This document shows positions 27,737 to 37,819 of a stretch of 38,443 nt of DNA, piece after piece. The notes below the pieces were generated by a model. It was given only the letters and a program-made list of their open reading frames with translations. It was not told the DNA's origin and ran no database searches. Position numbers and translations under genes: made by a program. Positions within the stretch are counted from its first letter, which is position 1, and every line of letters begins with the position of its first letter. This DNA is from an uncultured Nitrospiraceae bacterium (GTDB lineage Bacteria; Nitrospirota; Thermodesulfovibrionia; Thermodesulfovibrionales; Dissulfurispiraceae). The stretch is taken from positions 1 through 38,443 of the forward strand of contig CAMTVO010000016.1 of NCBI GenBank assembly GCA_947085205.1, in the 5' to 3' direction.

Positions 27737-30478
27737 CTAAGAACTATATCTGCTGCCCATATTAGCAAGGTTCTGAGTCCTTAGGCGGTCACTCAAAATA
27801 CGAGATATATTCAAAAAGAGTTTTGCCGCAGTGCGTGGGAACCTCCGTCTGATCTTTTCCAGTGATTTGTTATCAACCCTGAGAAGTTCTGTATCCTCCA
27901 CTGCAATAACATGGGCAGACCTTATACCTCCTCCCATCAACGCCATCTCACCCACTATGTCTCCTTCCTTTAAAATCGCCAATTCCTTGCTTGTACCTTC
28001 GCTATCCATAGTCACAGTAACGTTCCCTGTTATTATCATATACATATCCTCTCCCTTTTCTCCCTGACGAATGATATATTCGCCGGCAGATGCCGAACGG
28101 ATACCACCGAGCAGGACCACTTTTTTTGCTTCAGACTGGCTGAGATGCATAAACAGAGGGCTTACTTTTGTAATATCCTTCTTCAGTTTGACCAGCAAAA
28201 AGTCCCATAGGGTTATTAATTGCACTGTCCCAAGAAGCAGGGGTGTGATAAGCATCTCGGACAGGAAGGCAATGAGCATCACGAGCGCTGAGAGCAGTCC
28301 GAACTGTATCGTAGGGTTGAATTCCGAGAGGGCAAGTATGGAAAAGCCGGCTGCAAGGGCCACAGAGCTAATGAGGACCGGTTCTCCCTCGCCCCTCATG
28401 GAGTTGGCTATAGCCTGTTTCTGGTCATTGGTGACCCTTAATTCCTTGTAATACCGCGCCATGAAGTGTGTCGTGTCATCCACCGCGATACCCAGCGCTA
28501 TGGCCGCAACCATACATGTCCCTGTATTAAGGGGGATGTCGAACCAGCCCATGATTCCGAAGTTTAAGACTATTGGGATGACATTCGGTATCATGGCTAA
28601 AATGCCTGCCTTAAAAGACATAAATAAAAGCGCCATGACCGCGAATATGGTAAGAAGCGAAGTGCCGAGGCTGGTTACCTGACCCACTGCCATATAGTCG
28701 GCCGCATTGTTTATGAGTATCCCCTCTCCTGTGAACCTTACTGTGAGGTCTTTAGAAAAGTTCTTCGCCACATAGCCTTTGAGGTCATCAAGCAAGGCAG
28801 TGAGGTTTGCCGAGCTTGTGGTGTTATGCCTGACCAGGATGTTTGCGGTGGAATAGTTGGAGTCAATATAGTTTTTTGTGTCCTCTTCGGCCATAAGAAG
28901 CAGGTATTGTGCAATGAGGTTCTTGGAGTCCGGCACGACCTGCATCTCTTTTTTGCCGCCGTTCATCTCCCTGTTCATCACCTTTATGTAGTCCGCAAGG
29001 GAGATGCTCTTGTCAATCTTGCCAGTAGAATCCATGTGCTCCTGAAGCCCGGCTATCTGCCTGAGGACTTCAGGCTCCTTCGCCCCGTCTTCCTTGCCTG
29101 TCTCAACGATGACATTGAAGTTCAGGGCGCCGGAAAGGTCCCTGTGGATACTGTCTATGCGCTGTTTTATGAATGAGCCTTCTTTGAAATAGCTTATGAA
29201 GTCCGTATCCACCTTTATGCGGAAACAGCCGATTACTGCAACTGTAAGGACAATCAGTACGCAGGCAATAACAGTGGGCTTATGCCTTGTGGCAAGCACG
29301 ATAAACCATTCAACGAGGACATTTATATACTTTTTCACAGGGTTTTGTTTTTTCTTTTCCATAATCATAGGGACTTTAATAAGCTGGAGGAAGCCCGGTA
29401 TTACAATTATCGTAATAAGGAAATTGATTGCGAGTCCAAATGTGGCAACAATCCCGAACTCTCTGAGAATCGTAATGTGGTTGAATGCGAGAGAAGAAAA
29501 GCCAAAGACCGTGGTGGCCGATGTGAGGGTGATGGGCAGGGCGCACTTGCCTGCCATATACATTATGGCTTCCTTTTTGTTCTTGCCGTGTCTCAGGCCC
29601 TCGAAGTACTCGGTTATCATATGGATGTCTTCCGTACAACCTATCGCTATAAGGAGGGCTGGGACGATAGCGGTGATGACATTTATCTGGTAGCCCATGA
29701 GGGTCATAAACCCAATCGTGGCTCCGATGCTCAGGCTTCCTGTGATAACCGGCAGGAACGAGACTGTAGCGCTTCTCAGGGATACAATGAGAAGGAAGAT
29801 AAGGAATGCCATGGCCACAGGTGTGAGTGTGCTCTGGTCCTTCTGGATATACGAACTAAAAGTGACCTTCGTAAGAGGGCTTCCAATCTGGTAGGCCTTA
29901 TGTTCCCCCCTGTGCTCATTAATGAGCCTGTCAACCTCCTTTGAAAACCTCTCGTTGAATTTCTTGTCGTCAGCCTTTTTTTCCGTAAATATGTTTATGC
30001 CCGTGACCTTTCTGTCAGGGGATATAAGGTTCTTAAGAAAGACATCGTTTCTCATGGCATCTTCTTTTACCTGTCTCAGGCCTTCGGGGTCCGAAGGGAC
30101 GGACTCTATCAGTTTATCCGTATTGAGGGAATCCCCTTCTCCCTTAATCTTATTGACTGTAGTAAGGCTCTGGATTTTTGTGACACCGTCAATCTCGGAG
30201 ATTTTATCTGTGAGTGTCTGCAGGAGGGTGAGTGTCTCCTCGTTAAAGATATTTCCACCCTTTCCCTCTATGACGACCACTGTGAGCGTGTCAGAGCCGA
30301 ACTTCTCTTTGACTTCGTCGTAGTAGATCCTTTCGGGGTCCCCCTCGACCATAAGGCCCTCCGCAGAGGAGTCTATCTCTATGGTGTAAATCTTCACGGA
30401 CAGAATGGCGAGGACTACTACAAGGGCAATGACCGATATGCCTCTGTGCCTGACTATCCATTGCATAAATCTTGTCAT
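27737..30478 (-). CDS. MMPL/RND family transporter with C-terminal cyclic-nucleotide-binding domain
   Basis: Two RND repeats (IAIGCTEDIH, GIAVDDTTH); C-terminal IIRQGE, GEMAL and RSA. Confidence 0.9.
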   Translation of the reverse strand: MTRFMQWIVRHRGISVIALVVVLAILSVKIYTIEIDSSAEGLMVEGDPERIYYDEVKEKFGSDTLTVVVIEGKGGNIFNEETLTLLQTLTDKISEIDGVTKIQSLTTVNKIKGEGDSLNTDKLIESVPSDPEGLRQVKEDAMRNDVFLKNLISPDRKVTGINIFTEKKADDKKFNERFSKEVDRLINEHRGEHKAYQIGSPLTKVTFSSYIQKDQSTLTPVAMAFLIFLLIVSLRSATVSFLPVITGSLSIGATIGFMTLMGYQINVITAIVPALLIAIGCTEDIHMITEYFEGLRHGKNKKEAIMYMAGKCALPITLTSATTVFGFSSLAFNHITILREFGIVATFGLAINFLITIIVIPGFLQLIKVPMIMEKKKQNPVKKYINVLVEWFIVLATRHKPTVIACVLIVLTVAVIGCFRIKVDTDFISYFKEGSFIKQRIDSIHRDLSGALNFNVIVETGKEDGAKEPEVLRQIAGLQEHMDSTGKIDKSISLADYIKVMNREMNGGKKEMQVVPDSKNLIAQYLLLMAEEDTKNYIDSNYSTANILVRHNTTSSANLTALLDDLKGYVAKNFSKDLTVRFTGEGILINNAADYMAVGQVTSLGTSLLTIFAVMALLFMSFKAGILAMIPNVIPIVLNFGIMGWFDIPLNTGTCMVAAIALGIAVDDTTHFMARYYKELRVTNDQKQAIANSMRGEGEPVLISSVALAAGFSILALSEFNPTIQFGLLSALVMLIAFLSEMLITPLLLGTVQLITLWDFLLVKLKKDITKVSPLFMHLSQSEAKKVVLLGGIRSASAGEYIIRQGEKGEDMYMIITGNVTVTMDSEGTSKELAILKEGDIVGEMALMGGGIRSAHVIAVEDTELLRVDNKSLEKIRRRFPRTAAKLFLNISRILSDRLRTQNLANMGSRYSS

Positions 30479-30528
30479 AATTCCGCCCTCGTAGGAATGA
30501 GATTTTTTTTACCTATACAGTTTTCTTA

Positions 30529-31341
30529 CTATTCAGGTGATTTCAATTTTCTGAGGCTGAAGAAGTCATCATCCATGCCTTTATTTATGCTCCTGCTCTG
30601 GACAATGAGAGATGTTTGGTGTTCTTCTCCCAAATCCTTCATTACTATTTCGTCACTCCTCCACACCATGCCTGAGACATTTTTTGCATTCTTGTTTTCC
30701 TGAACCTTAATAAGTTTTCCCTTTTTGTCATAAAACTCTATTTTCACTGTAAAAGATATATCCTTTCTGATCCAGAGCTTCCTCTTGCTGTAACCGCTTT
30801 CCTTCTCCTCCTTTCCAACAGGCAATGCCTCAATAACAAAGCAGTCCTTTCCTTCTATCTGCTCGCTCCCTATCAGGTTATATTTGTGTGTGTTCAGATT
30901 TTCGGGTCTCAGGTCTTCAAAGGCAAAGTCTGTGCCCATGAATTTGTTCTTCTTCCCGCTTGATGCAATGCGCTTCTCTTTCCCCAGTTCAGGCAGATAT
31001 AGCCACTGGTCATCGTCTCCGTCCTTATGTTCCCATGTAAGAAGTCCTGTCCCTTTAATGTCCTTGGGTTCGAGAAATATCATCATAATTTTATTAAGGC
31101 CTGCGCCTGTTTTCATAGAATATCTGACTATTTTCCTGTCTTTTGCATTGCCTTTTTTATCTATGAGTTTCATTGCAAGAACTTCCTTCTCATCGTTTGT
31201 CTCCTGAAGCTTTTTCTGTTTTTCCATAATTTCCTTTCCTGACATCTCTGCAGCAGTGGCAGCAGGAATAAACAGACCATTCATAAAAAAGGTAAAAATT
31301 GACACCACTAACAACCTGCTAAATAATGACCATTTTCTCAT
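30529..31341 (-). CDS. LolA-like outer-membrane lipoprotein-sorting family protein
   Basis: Signal peptide; FLEPKDIKGTGLL, DDQWLYLP and FMGTDFAFED. Confidence 0.88.
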   Translation of the reverse strand: MRKWSLFSRLLVVSIFTFFMNGLFIPAATAAEMSGKEIMEKQKKLQETNDEKEVLAMKLIDKKGNAKDRKIVRYSMKTGAGLNKIMMIFLEPKDIKGTGLLTWEHKDGDDDQWLYLPELGKEKRIASSGKKNKFMGTDFAFEDLRPENLNTHKYNLIGSEQIEGKDCFVIEALPVGKEEKESGYSKRKLWIRKDISFTVKIEFYDKKGKLIKVQENKNAKNVSGMVWRSDEIVMKDLGEEHQTSLIVQSRSINKGMDDDFFSLRKLKSPE

Positions 31342-31391
31342 ATTAACCCCCTTTTTTTAAAAAACTACACTATATTGGACTGGCGACTTTA

Positions 31392-32759
31392 TTAGAAGTA
31401 CCATAAGACATTTGTAAAGACACGGTCGTTTTTCCTCCACTTGCCCCAGAATGTATCTTTATGTCCTGCCATTATATCAAGACCTGCCTTTAACTTCAAT
31501 TTGTCCGAGACCTTATAGGTGACTTTTGGCTGTATGTAGCGGTCATATTCGTCTAAATTATAGTTTCCGCCTATCCTGAAGTCAACATCTTCGTTAAATT
31601 TAAATACAAGGCTTCCGAGAACAGACCTCTTTAATGGACGGCTGTAATCTGCAGAACTGAATCTCTTCCTGTTGTCCTTTGCATTTACTACTTTTTCACC
31701 TGCAAACTCAAAATAGAGGCTTATCTTCTCTATAAATTCAAGATTCAGTTCATCCCAGCTATAACTCCCCCCAATTATATAGGACAAAAAATCATCGTCA
31801 TGACCATTTGCCGTATCTCTATAAGCGCCCTCTGCGTGCATTTCAAGTTTATCAAAGGTAGTGGCTATGGACAGGCCATAATTGTTTATCTTGTTATATT
31901 TAGGTGTATAGTGCTTTGTCAAACCAACAACCTCCTCTTCTACGACAGGCACGCTGTCAAATCCATGATAATAGCTTAGAGCAAAGTCCCAGCCGCTGAT
32001 TGTAGTTTTTATGCGGGTTGCAAATTGACTGTTAGCAATAGTCTTAGCAGGGAGTTCTCTCTCTCGAACCTCACCAGTTACATCAGCCGGTATAACAGCA
32101 TTGGAAACAGTTATCTCTCCCTCTGCACTCCCAGCCCACCTGTTGTTCTGTCCAGGAAGACGGCTGGGTGTAAAAAGGGGGACAAACACAATATCCACAG
32201 AGTAGTTTCCGATGGAATATTCAACAGCAGCTGAAAGGACTCCTATCTTCTCCTTGTCAGGAAAATCTAAGAAATCATATGGATTTATATTATCTGTTGG
32301 ATTAAAGCCCTCTGCCTTGCCCCATGAATAAATTTTCTTGCCTAAATAGAAGTCTGCCTTTTCTCCGCGTCTTACCAAAAATGCCTCTTTGAAATTAAAA
32401 TGATATCTGCGATTTTCTGTTTCCTGCAGTCTGTCTATTGCCCCTGCAGTAAAATGCCTGTTGTCAGCTCGAAGGATTGGCATTAAAACAAGGCTCGTGT
32501 TTTTGTCAAGATTGTATTTTGTATCCAGTTTCATTATCAATTCATGGGCATACAGGATATTGTCCTGTTTCACTTTATAGAAATGCCCGAAGAATTTGTA
32601 TTCAAGGGAGCCTGCGATATTGTCTAAAAATTTGCGAAGACTGTCAGCAGGTCCTTCTTTTTCTTCTTTTGTTGTCGTTGCATCCTGCGCATATATACTA
32701 ATGGTTGGAAAGATAAAAAAAGTTAGAAAAATTAAAAAAATAAGAAAAATCCTATGCAT
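31392..32759 (-). CDS. Outer-membrane beta-barrel protein (DUF1302-like)
   Basis: Signal peptide; GKKIYSWG, NPTDNINP and a terminal WYF. Confidence 0.8.
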   Translation of the reverse strand: MHRIFLIFLIFLTFFIFPTISIYAQDATTTKEEKEGPADSLRKFLDNIAGSLEYKFFGHFYKVKQDNILYAHELIMKLDTKYNLDKNTSLVLMPILRADNRHFTAGAIDRLQETENRRYHFNFKEAFLVRRGEKADFYLGKKIYSWGKAEGFNPTDNINPYDFLDFPDKEKIGVLSAAVEYSIGNYSVDIVFVPLFTPSRLPGQNNRWAGSAEGEITVSNAVIPADVTGEVRERELPAKTIANSQFATRIKTTISGWDFALSYYHGFDSVPVVEEEVVGLTKHYTPKYNKINNYGLSIATTFDKLEMHAEGAYRDTANGHDDDFLSYIIGGSYSWDELNLEFIEKISLYFEFAGEKVVNAKDNRKRFSSADYSRPLKRSVLGSLVFKFNEDVDFRIGGNYNLDEYDRYIQPKVTYKVSDKLKLKAGLDIMAGHKDTFWGKWRKNDRVFTNVLWYF

Positions 32760-33506
32760 TCAATCCTTCCATTCCCTCAGACTTATTTCACCCCTGTCTA
32801 TTTCTATATAGTATCCGGATGTGCCGATCCAGCTTCCAGTATTAGCATATCTTTTGCTGCCATCCAGTTTATAAATGCCGGGATTATGTGTATGCCCAAA
32901 AATAACTGTATCAAATCCCCTGTCAAAGAGACCTCTGGCTGCCTTTGTGTATTCATGTTCAGCAACTGGAAATGCCTGCAGATTATGTTTCCTTCTATTA
33001 CCCAGTGATGCCAGATAAAGCGTGCTTTTGTCCCAGAGGTGGAAAAAGCCTGGGGCAAGCCTCAACCACAAACCTATAAATTTAGTTAATTGTGTATAGA
33101 GGTTGGGGTAATAAAGAAAAAAGCGGTCGTAAAGATGTCCATGCTCAATATGTATACGCTGATTCCCGGAAACGACATCAAGAAATGGAACCACATTAAA
33201 AACACCTGCGCTCTCTAAAAATGTCTCCATATATATATCATGGTTTCCAACTACATAATAGACCTTATTTTTACCGCCAGATAGATAATTTGTGACACTG
33301 CTTATTATCGATGGAAAGTCCAGCATCACTTTAGGAAAGGACATCTGCAAAAGATCAAGTCCATCTCCATTGATACAAAGATTTGTCTTTTTGTCCAAAA
33401 GGTGCTCCAGAAAGGAATTAAACCCTCTGCCCTGAGTAAAGGAAGGATTGCCAAGATGGATATCAGATATGACACACAGGCGGTCTTCTTTTATCAAGGT
33501 ATTCAA
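32760..33506 (-). CDS. Calcineurin-like metallophosphoesterase (LpxH-like)
   Basis: SDIHLG, GD, GNHD, HG, FGHTH and NTGSW. Confidence 0.88.
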   Translation of the reverse strand: MNTLIKEDRLCVISDIHLGNPSFTQGRGFNSFLEHLLDKKTNLCINGDGLDLLQMSFPKVMLDFPSIISSVTNYLSGGKNKVYYVVGNHDIYMETFLESAGVFNVVPFLDVVSGNQRIHIEHGHLYDRFFLYYPNLYTQLTKFIGLWLRLAPGFFHLWDKSTLYLASLGNRRKHNLQAFPVAEHEYTKAARGLFDRGFDTVIFGHTHNPGIYKLDGSKRYANTGSWIGTSGYYIEIDRGEISLREWKD

Positions 33507-33546
33507 TCGCGTTCTCCTTCAGTGAGAAGTCTTTTATAATTTAAAG

Positions 33547-33981
33547 CTAACCGCCCTTTAAATACTCCGCCTCTGCAACTTCACTGCGTATCTTAGAACG
33601 ATTTGTGTCGGTAAGGTTTGTCAGGTTTAATATCTTTTCATTGAGCAGCCTGATTCTGCTGCTCATTTTTTGCATCACGCTAAAGGCAAATGTGGGATCC
33701 TTTCTTATTTTTATCAAGAAGTTCCCTGCATTCAAGACAACAAGACGGGTATCTTCCCTGGCTATAACCGATGCAGACCTCGGTTCATTCTCCAGAATTG
33801 CCATCTCGCCAAAAAAGTCACCACGCTCAAGGGTAGCTAAAATCAGCTTATTCTCACCCTCTTCCTTAACAACATCCACAGACCCTGACTGGATAATGAA
33901 CATCTCTCGGCCAATATCTCCCTCCTTAATAACCACTTCCCCTTTTTTATAGGTCTTTATAGTATCTTTCTCCTGCCACAT
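33547..33981 (-). CDS. Stand-alone cyclic-nucleotide-binding domain protein
   Basis: VIKEGD, FFGEMA and PRSASV; no Crp HTH; start uncertain. Confidence 0.85.
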   Translation of the reverse strand: MWQEKDTIKTYKKGEVVIKEGDIGREMFIIQSGSVDVVKEEGENKLILATLERGDFFGEMAILENEPRSASVIAREDTRLVVLNAGNFLIKIRKDPTFAFSVMQKMSSRIRLLNEKILNLTNLTDTNRSKIRSEVAEAEYLKGG

Positions 33982-34091
33982 AATTACAATAATAATAACT
34001 TTTTTTATCTTGATTATCAACACAATCTAACACCAGTTGTTTTTCATCGCTGATGCTCATTATAATATGACAATACTTTTGAGGTGGATTA

Positions 34092-34799
34092 ATGGAACTA
34101 TATATATGCAATCTCAAGCTTGGGGAAATGCCGTTAATCGCCGGCACGCTTATAGATACAGATATTGCCGACCTCAGCAATAACCTGCTCAATACGGCAG
34201 ACCTTATAGAATTTAGAATCGATATGTTTAAAAACACCTCTGCGGAGCATGTCGAAAAGGTATTTAACAATTTCAAAAACAGTTTCAGAAAGCCTGTAAT
34301 TGCCACTGCAAGGGATGTCAGGGAAGGAGGACAAAAGGACATAAAAGACAGGCTTGAGATATACAGAGCTGTCATTCCATTTTCTGATATCCTTGATGTG
34401 GAGATAATGTCTGAAGGTATCATTGCAGAAGTAAGGGCGCTCTGCAACAATCACAAAAAAATCCTCATCGGCTCTTATCACAATTTTGAGTCAACGCCGG
34501 ATGATAATTTTCTCGGTGAAATTGTCTCAAAAGGCAAAAGCCTCGGCGCCGATATCGTAAAAATAGCCGTAATGCCTAAAGACAAAGACGATTTAATCAG
34601 GCTATTTAATTTTACGCTAACACACAAAGATAAAGGTATAGTTACCATGTCTATGGGAGATAAGGGTCTGCCTTCGAGGGTATTCACGCCAATCTTCGGC
34701 TCTCTTATAACATACGGCTACATCAATCATCCGTCTGCTCCAGGGCAACTGTCCGTGAGTGAGTTAATGTATATTTTTAGAAGATTAAAACTCAGATAA
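34092..34799 (+). CDS. aroD: Type I 3-dehydroquinate dehydratase
   Basis: EFRID, EGG, SYHNF, ADIVKIA, MG-SR and SAPGQ. Confidence 0.93.
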   Translation: MELYICNLKLGEMPLIAGTLIDTDIADLSNNLLNTADLIEFRIDMFKNTSAEHVEKVFNNFKNSFRKPVIATARDVREGGQKDIKDRLEIYRAVIPFSDILDVEIMSEGIIAEVRALCNNHKKILIGSYHNFESTPDDNFLGEIVSKGKSLGADIVKIAVMPKDKDDLIRLFNFTLTHKDKGIVTMSMGDKGLPSRVFTPIFGSLITYGYINHPSAPGQLSVSELMYIFRRLKLR

Positions 34800-36143
34800 A
34801 CTTAACTTTTTCTTATTACCTACAATAACAAGCACATAATTTTCAGGATTCAGATACTTCTTCGAAACCCTCAAAATATCTTCCTTTGTTACCATGTTTA
34901 TATAATCAGGATATCTTTCGATATAATCATCGCCCAGATTGTAAAACTGCACTGCTGCAAGAAAATCAGCAATCCTCCTGCTTGTCTCAAGCCTTCTCGG
35001 AAAACTTCCTGTGAGGTATGCCTTTGCATCCTCAAGCTCCTGATTTGAGACAGGCTCTGTCCTTATCTTATTTATCTGTTTCAATATCTCTTTAATTACA
35101 ATTCCTGCTGATTCATTCTTTGTCTGGACTTCAATTTCAAATTGTCCGGGTTCCTTATTCCCCGAAAATGAACTGTATATTGAATATGTGAGCCCCATGT
35201 CATCCCGTACAACCTTCATCAGCCTTGATGCAAAACCTCCTCCTCCGAGGATATAGTTCATAACCGAAACCGCATAATAGTTGTCATCGTTCCTTGCTAT
35301 GCCGAGATGTCCAAAGACAATATTAGCCTGCGTTATATCCTTGTGTATTATTACAACCTTCGGCTTATCCGTTTTTTTAGTATCCGACTCCTGACTCTTG
35401 ACCCCTGACTCCTGACTCCTGACTTTCGGCTTCCATTGTCCAAGATATTTCTTTATCAGCGACCCAAGTTCCTGAGGAGTCAGGTCTCCTACCACAGAGA
35501 GTATCGCATTATCCGGAAGGTAATGCTTCTTATAGAACCCGATGATGTCATCCCGTTTTATGTTGTCGATGCTTTCGATGCTCCCATTCACAAGCCTCCC
35601 GTACGGATGGTTCTTGAAAACCTCTTTTATAAATGCCTTGCTTGCTACAAATGAAGGGTCTTCCTCGCTCTGTCGTAGAGAACCTTTTATTATTTCTTTT
35701 TTTCTATTTATCTCGTCCTCTGAAAACAATGGGTTCAGAAGGGTATCAGAGAGAATATCGAAACCCTTATCCACATCCTTCTTTAGGATAGAAAGTGATA
35801 TGGTTGTATAATCGCTATTTGTCGATGCGTTAAGCGACGCCCCTATAAACTCTATCTCCTCGCTGATTTCCAACGCCTTTCTTTTCGCCGTGCCTTCATT
35901 GAGAAGCTTTGCAGTAAGATACGCGACCCCTGCCTTGTCCTCCGGCTCATTCAAAGGCGATGCCTTTATCAAAAGCGTAACCATAACTATTGGAAGGCTG
36001 TGCCTCTCTGCATGAATGACCGTCAGGCCGTTTGGGAGTGTCTGTTTTTTTATTTCTATGGCATGGGCATCAGTAAGCAGTAAGCAGTGAACAGTGAGCA
36101 GTACAAGCAGGTATCTTATCTTCTTATCTTCCCAGCTTCTCAT
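34785..36143 (-). CDS. M16 family peptidase, non-catalytic subunit
   Basis: M16 fold without HxxEH; LGGGGFASRL and R..GLTY. Confidence 0.88.
   Translation of the reverse strand: MRSWEDKKIRYLLVLLTVHCLLLTDAHAIEIKKQTLPNGLTVIHAERHSLPIVMVTLLIKASPLNEPEDKAGVAYLTAKLLNEGTAKRKALEISEEIEFIGASLNASTNSDYTTISLSILKKDVDKGFDILSDTLLNPLFSEDEINRKKEIIKGSLRQSEEDPSFVASKAFIKEVFKNHPYGRLVNGSIESIDNIKRDDIIGFYKKHYLPDNAILSVVGDLTPQELGSLIKKYLGQWKPKVRSQESGVKSQESDTKKTDKPKVVIIHKDITQANIVFGHLGIARNDDNYYAVSVMNYILGGGGFASRLMKVVRDDMGLTYSIYSSFSGNKEPGQFEIEVQTKNESAGIVIKEILKQINKIRTEPVSNQELEDAKAYLTGSFPRRLETSRRIADFLAAVQFYNLGDDYIERYPDYINMVTKEDILRVSKKYLNPENYVLVIVGNKKKLSLSEF
35384..35425. repeat. Heptamer repeat (CTGACTC)x6, in frame within the M16 gene
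   Basis: 42 bp encoding VRSQESGVKSQESD on the minus strand; the same unit occurs at 25695-25725. Confidence 0.85.
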
Positions 36144-37452
36144 CTTCTTTTTTCACCGGCACAAGAATGCCTACTGTTTTATTATCATCAACTAAATATT
36201 TCTTTGCCACAGACTGCACATCCTCAGTCCTCACCTTTCTTATGCCTTCGAGGTATATGTCCATAAGCCTCCAGTCTCCTAACATCTCAAATATGCCGGT
36301 ATAAAGCGCCTTTGTATAATTCGAATCTTGAGCGAATATAAAAGACGCCTCAATCTGGTTCTTTGCCTTTTGTATCTCCTTTTCGGAAGGAACCTCTTTT
36401 GTTATTCTCTCAATTTCATTATAAATAGACCTCTCAACATCCTCTATGTTTTTCCCGGGGGCCGCCGAGCCTCCGAAAACAAAGAGGAAAGGGTCTTTAT
36501 AAAGTCCGCTGTAGTTCGCAAAAACATTCAACGCAAGTCTCTTTTCATAGATGATGCTCCTATAAAGCCTTGCGCTCTTTCCTTTTGAAAGCATTGCGGA
36601 CAATACAGTAAGGGCAAAACTGTCTTCGTGGGGAAAGCTCGGAACATGATAGGCTATCAGCAGATAAGGCAGTTCTGCCTCTTTTCTGAGATATACCCTC
36701 TTTTCTCCTTTCTGTAAAGGCTCGGAGAAATTTTTTACAGGAAGGTTCCTCTGGGGTTTTGGAACGCTCTCAAAATTCCTCTTTATCTTAGAAAGCACAT
36801 CCTCAACATTCACATCTCCTGAAATCACTATGAATGCATTGTCAGGAGCGTAGTAATTTTTGTAATGCTCGTAAAGGTCGTTCCGTTCTATGGATGCAAT
36901 GTCCGACATCCATCCGATAACAGGCCAGTTATACGGATGCGCTTTAAATGCCGTTGCAATAACCTCTTCATAAAGCAGATTCTGCGGGTCGTCCTCATAC
37001 CTCATGCGCCTTTCTTCCATGACAACATTTCTCTCGCTTACAACCTCTTTGGGGTCGAGTAATAGATTGACCACCCTGTCCGCTTCAAGCTCTATGGACA
37101 GGCCAATTCTATCTGATGAAAGCGTCTGGTGGTACATAGTGTAATCTTTCGTTGTGTGTGCATTGTCAGCGCCGCCGCTTCTCTGGATTATATTCGAGAA
37201 CTGCTTTGAGCCGTATTTGGGAGTGCCTTTAAACATCATGTGTTCGAGCAAATGGCTTATCCCTGTCTTGCCTATAGGCTCATCTCTCGAGCCGACTCTG
37301 TACCATATCTGAAATGTGGCCAAAGGAGCCTTGTGGTCTTCGATGATTAAGACCTTAAGGTCGTTTTTGAGCCTGTATTCTTTTACTGCAGAATAAACAG
37401 TAAAGGGAATAAATAGGAATATGGATACCAGAAGAAATTTTAATAGCCTCAT
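36124..37452 (-). CDS. M16 family zinc peptidase, catalytic subunit
   Basis: HLLEHMMFKGT inverted zinc motif; EERRMR. Confidence 0.93.
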   Translation of the reverse strand: MRLLKFLLVSIFLFIPFTVYSAVKEYRLKNDLKVLIIEDHKAPLATFQIWYRVGSRDEPIGKTGISHLLEHMMFKGTPKYGSKQFSNIIQRSGGADNAHTTKDYTMYHQTLSSDRIGLSIELEADRVVNLLLDPKEVVSERNVVMEERRMRYEDDPQNLLYEEVIATAFKAHPYNWPVIGWMSDIASIERNDLYEHYKNYYAPDNAFIVISGDVNVEDVLSKIKRNFESVPKPQRNLPVKNFSEPLQKGEKRVYLRKEAELPYLLIAYHVPSFPHEDSFALTVLSAMLSKGKSARLYRSIIYEKRLALNVFANYSGLYKDPFLFVFGGSAAPGKNIEDVERSIYNEIERITKEVPSEKEIQKAKNQIEASFIFAQDSNYTKALYTGIFEMLGDWRLMDIYLEGIRKVRTEDVQSVAKKYLVDDNKTVGILVPVKKEDEKLGR

Positions 37453-37470
37453 AAGCTATACGTCCTAAAT

Positions 37471-37773
37471 TTAATATTCACGAGGGGATTTTCTGAGCTT
37501 CCTCTCCTCCCTGCTCATTCCTATTTCAAACAGTTTGTCCTGAACTTCCTCGAATCTCCTTACCTTGGTAGCCTCACGGCATCTTTGCAGTTCCGCCTCG
37601 GTTGCAGCTTCAACAACGCATTCCTTTGTTTTATGCAGGCCTTTCTGGAGAGTCTCTATGTCTTCGAGGATCTGTTTTTTGCTTTTTTCCACAGGAACAT
37701 CCTGCGAGAAAGACGGATGCACAAAAAATGCACACATTAAAACAAAAGCTGTAAAAACAATCATTGTCCTCAT
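37471..37773 (-). CDS. Exported hypothetical protein
   Basis: RBS AGGAGG, signal peptide and two Cys. Confidence 0.65.
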   Translation of the reverse strand: MRTMIVFTAFVLMCAFFVHPSFSQDVPVEKSKKQILEDIETLQKGLHKTKECVVEAATEAELQRCREATKVRRFEEVQDKLFEIGMSREERKLRKSPREY

Positions 37774-37799
37774 ATCAAACCTCCTGTTTAATTGAACTC

Positions 37800-37819
37800 T
37801 TACCGATAACTATCGGCAA
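37800..37819 (-). promoter_or_regulatory. SECIS hairpin for the C-terminal Sec of the Uxx-star gene
   Basis: TTGCCGAT-AGTT-ATCGGTAA starts 9 nt after the TGA; G is second in the loop. Confidence 0.7.

Noticed and set aside
2049..37795. Numerous short antisense or alternate-frame ORFs in the supplied track
   Set aside because: They overlap well-supported genes and lack motifs or RBS; treated as shadow ORFs.
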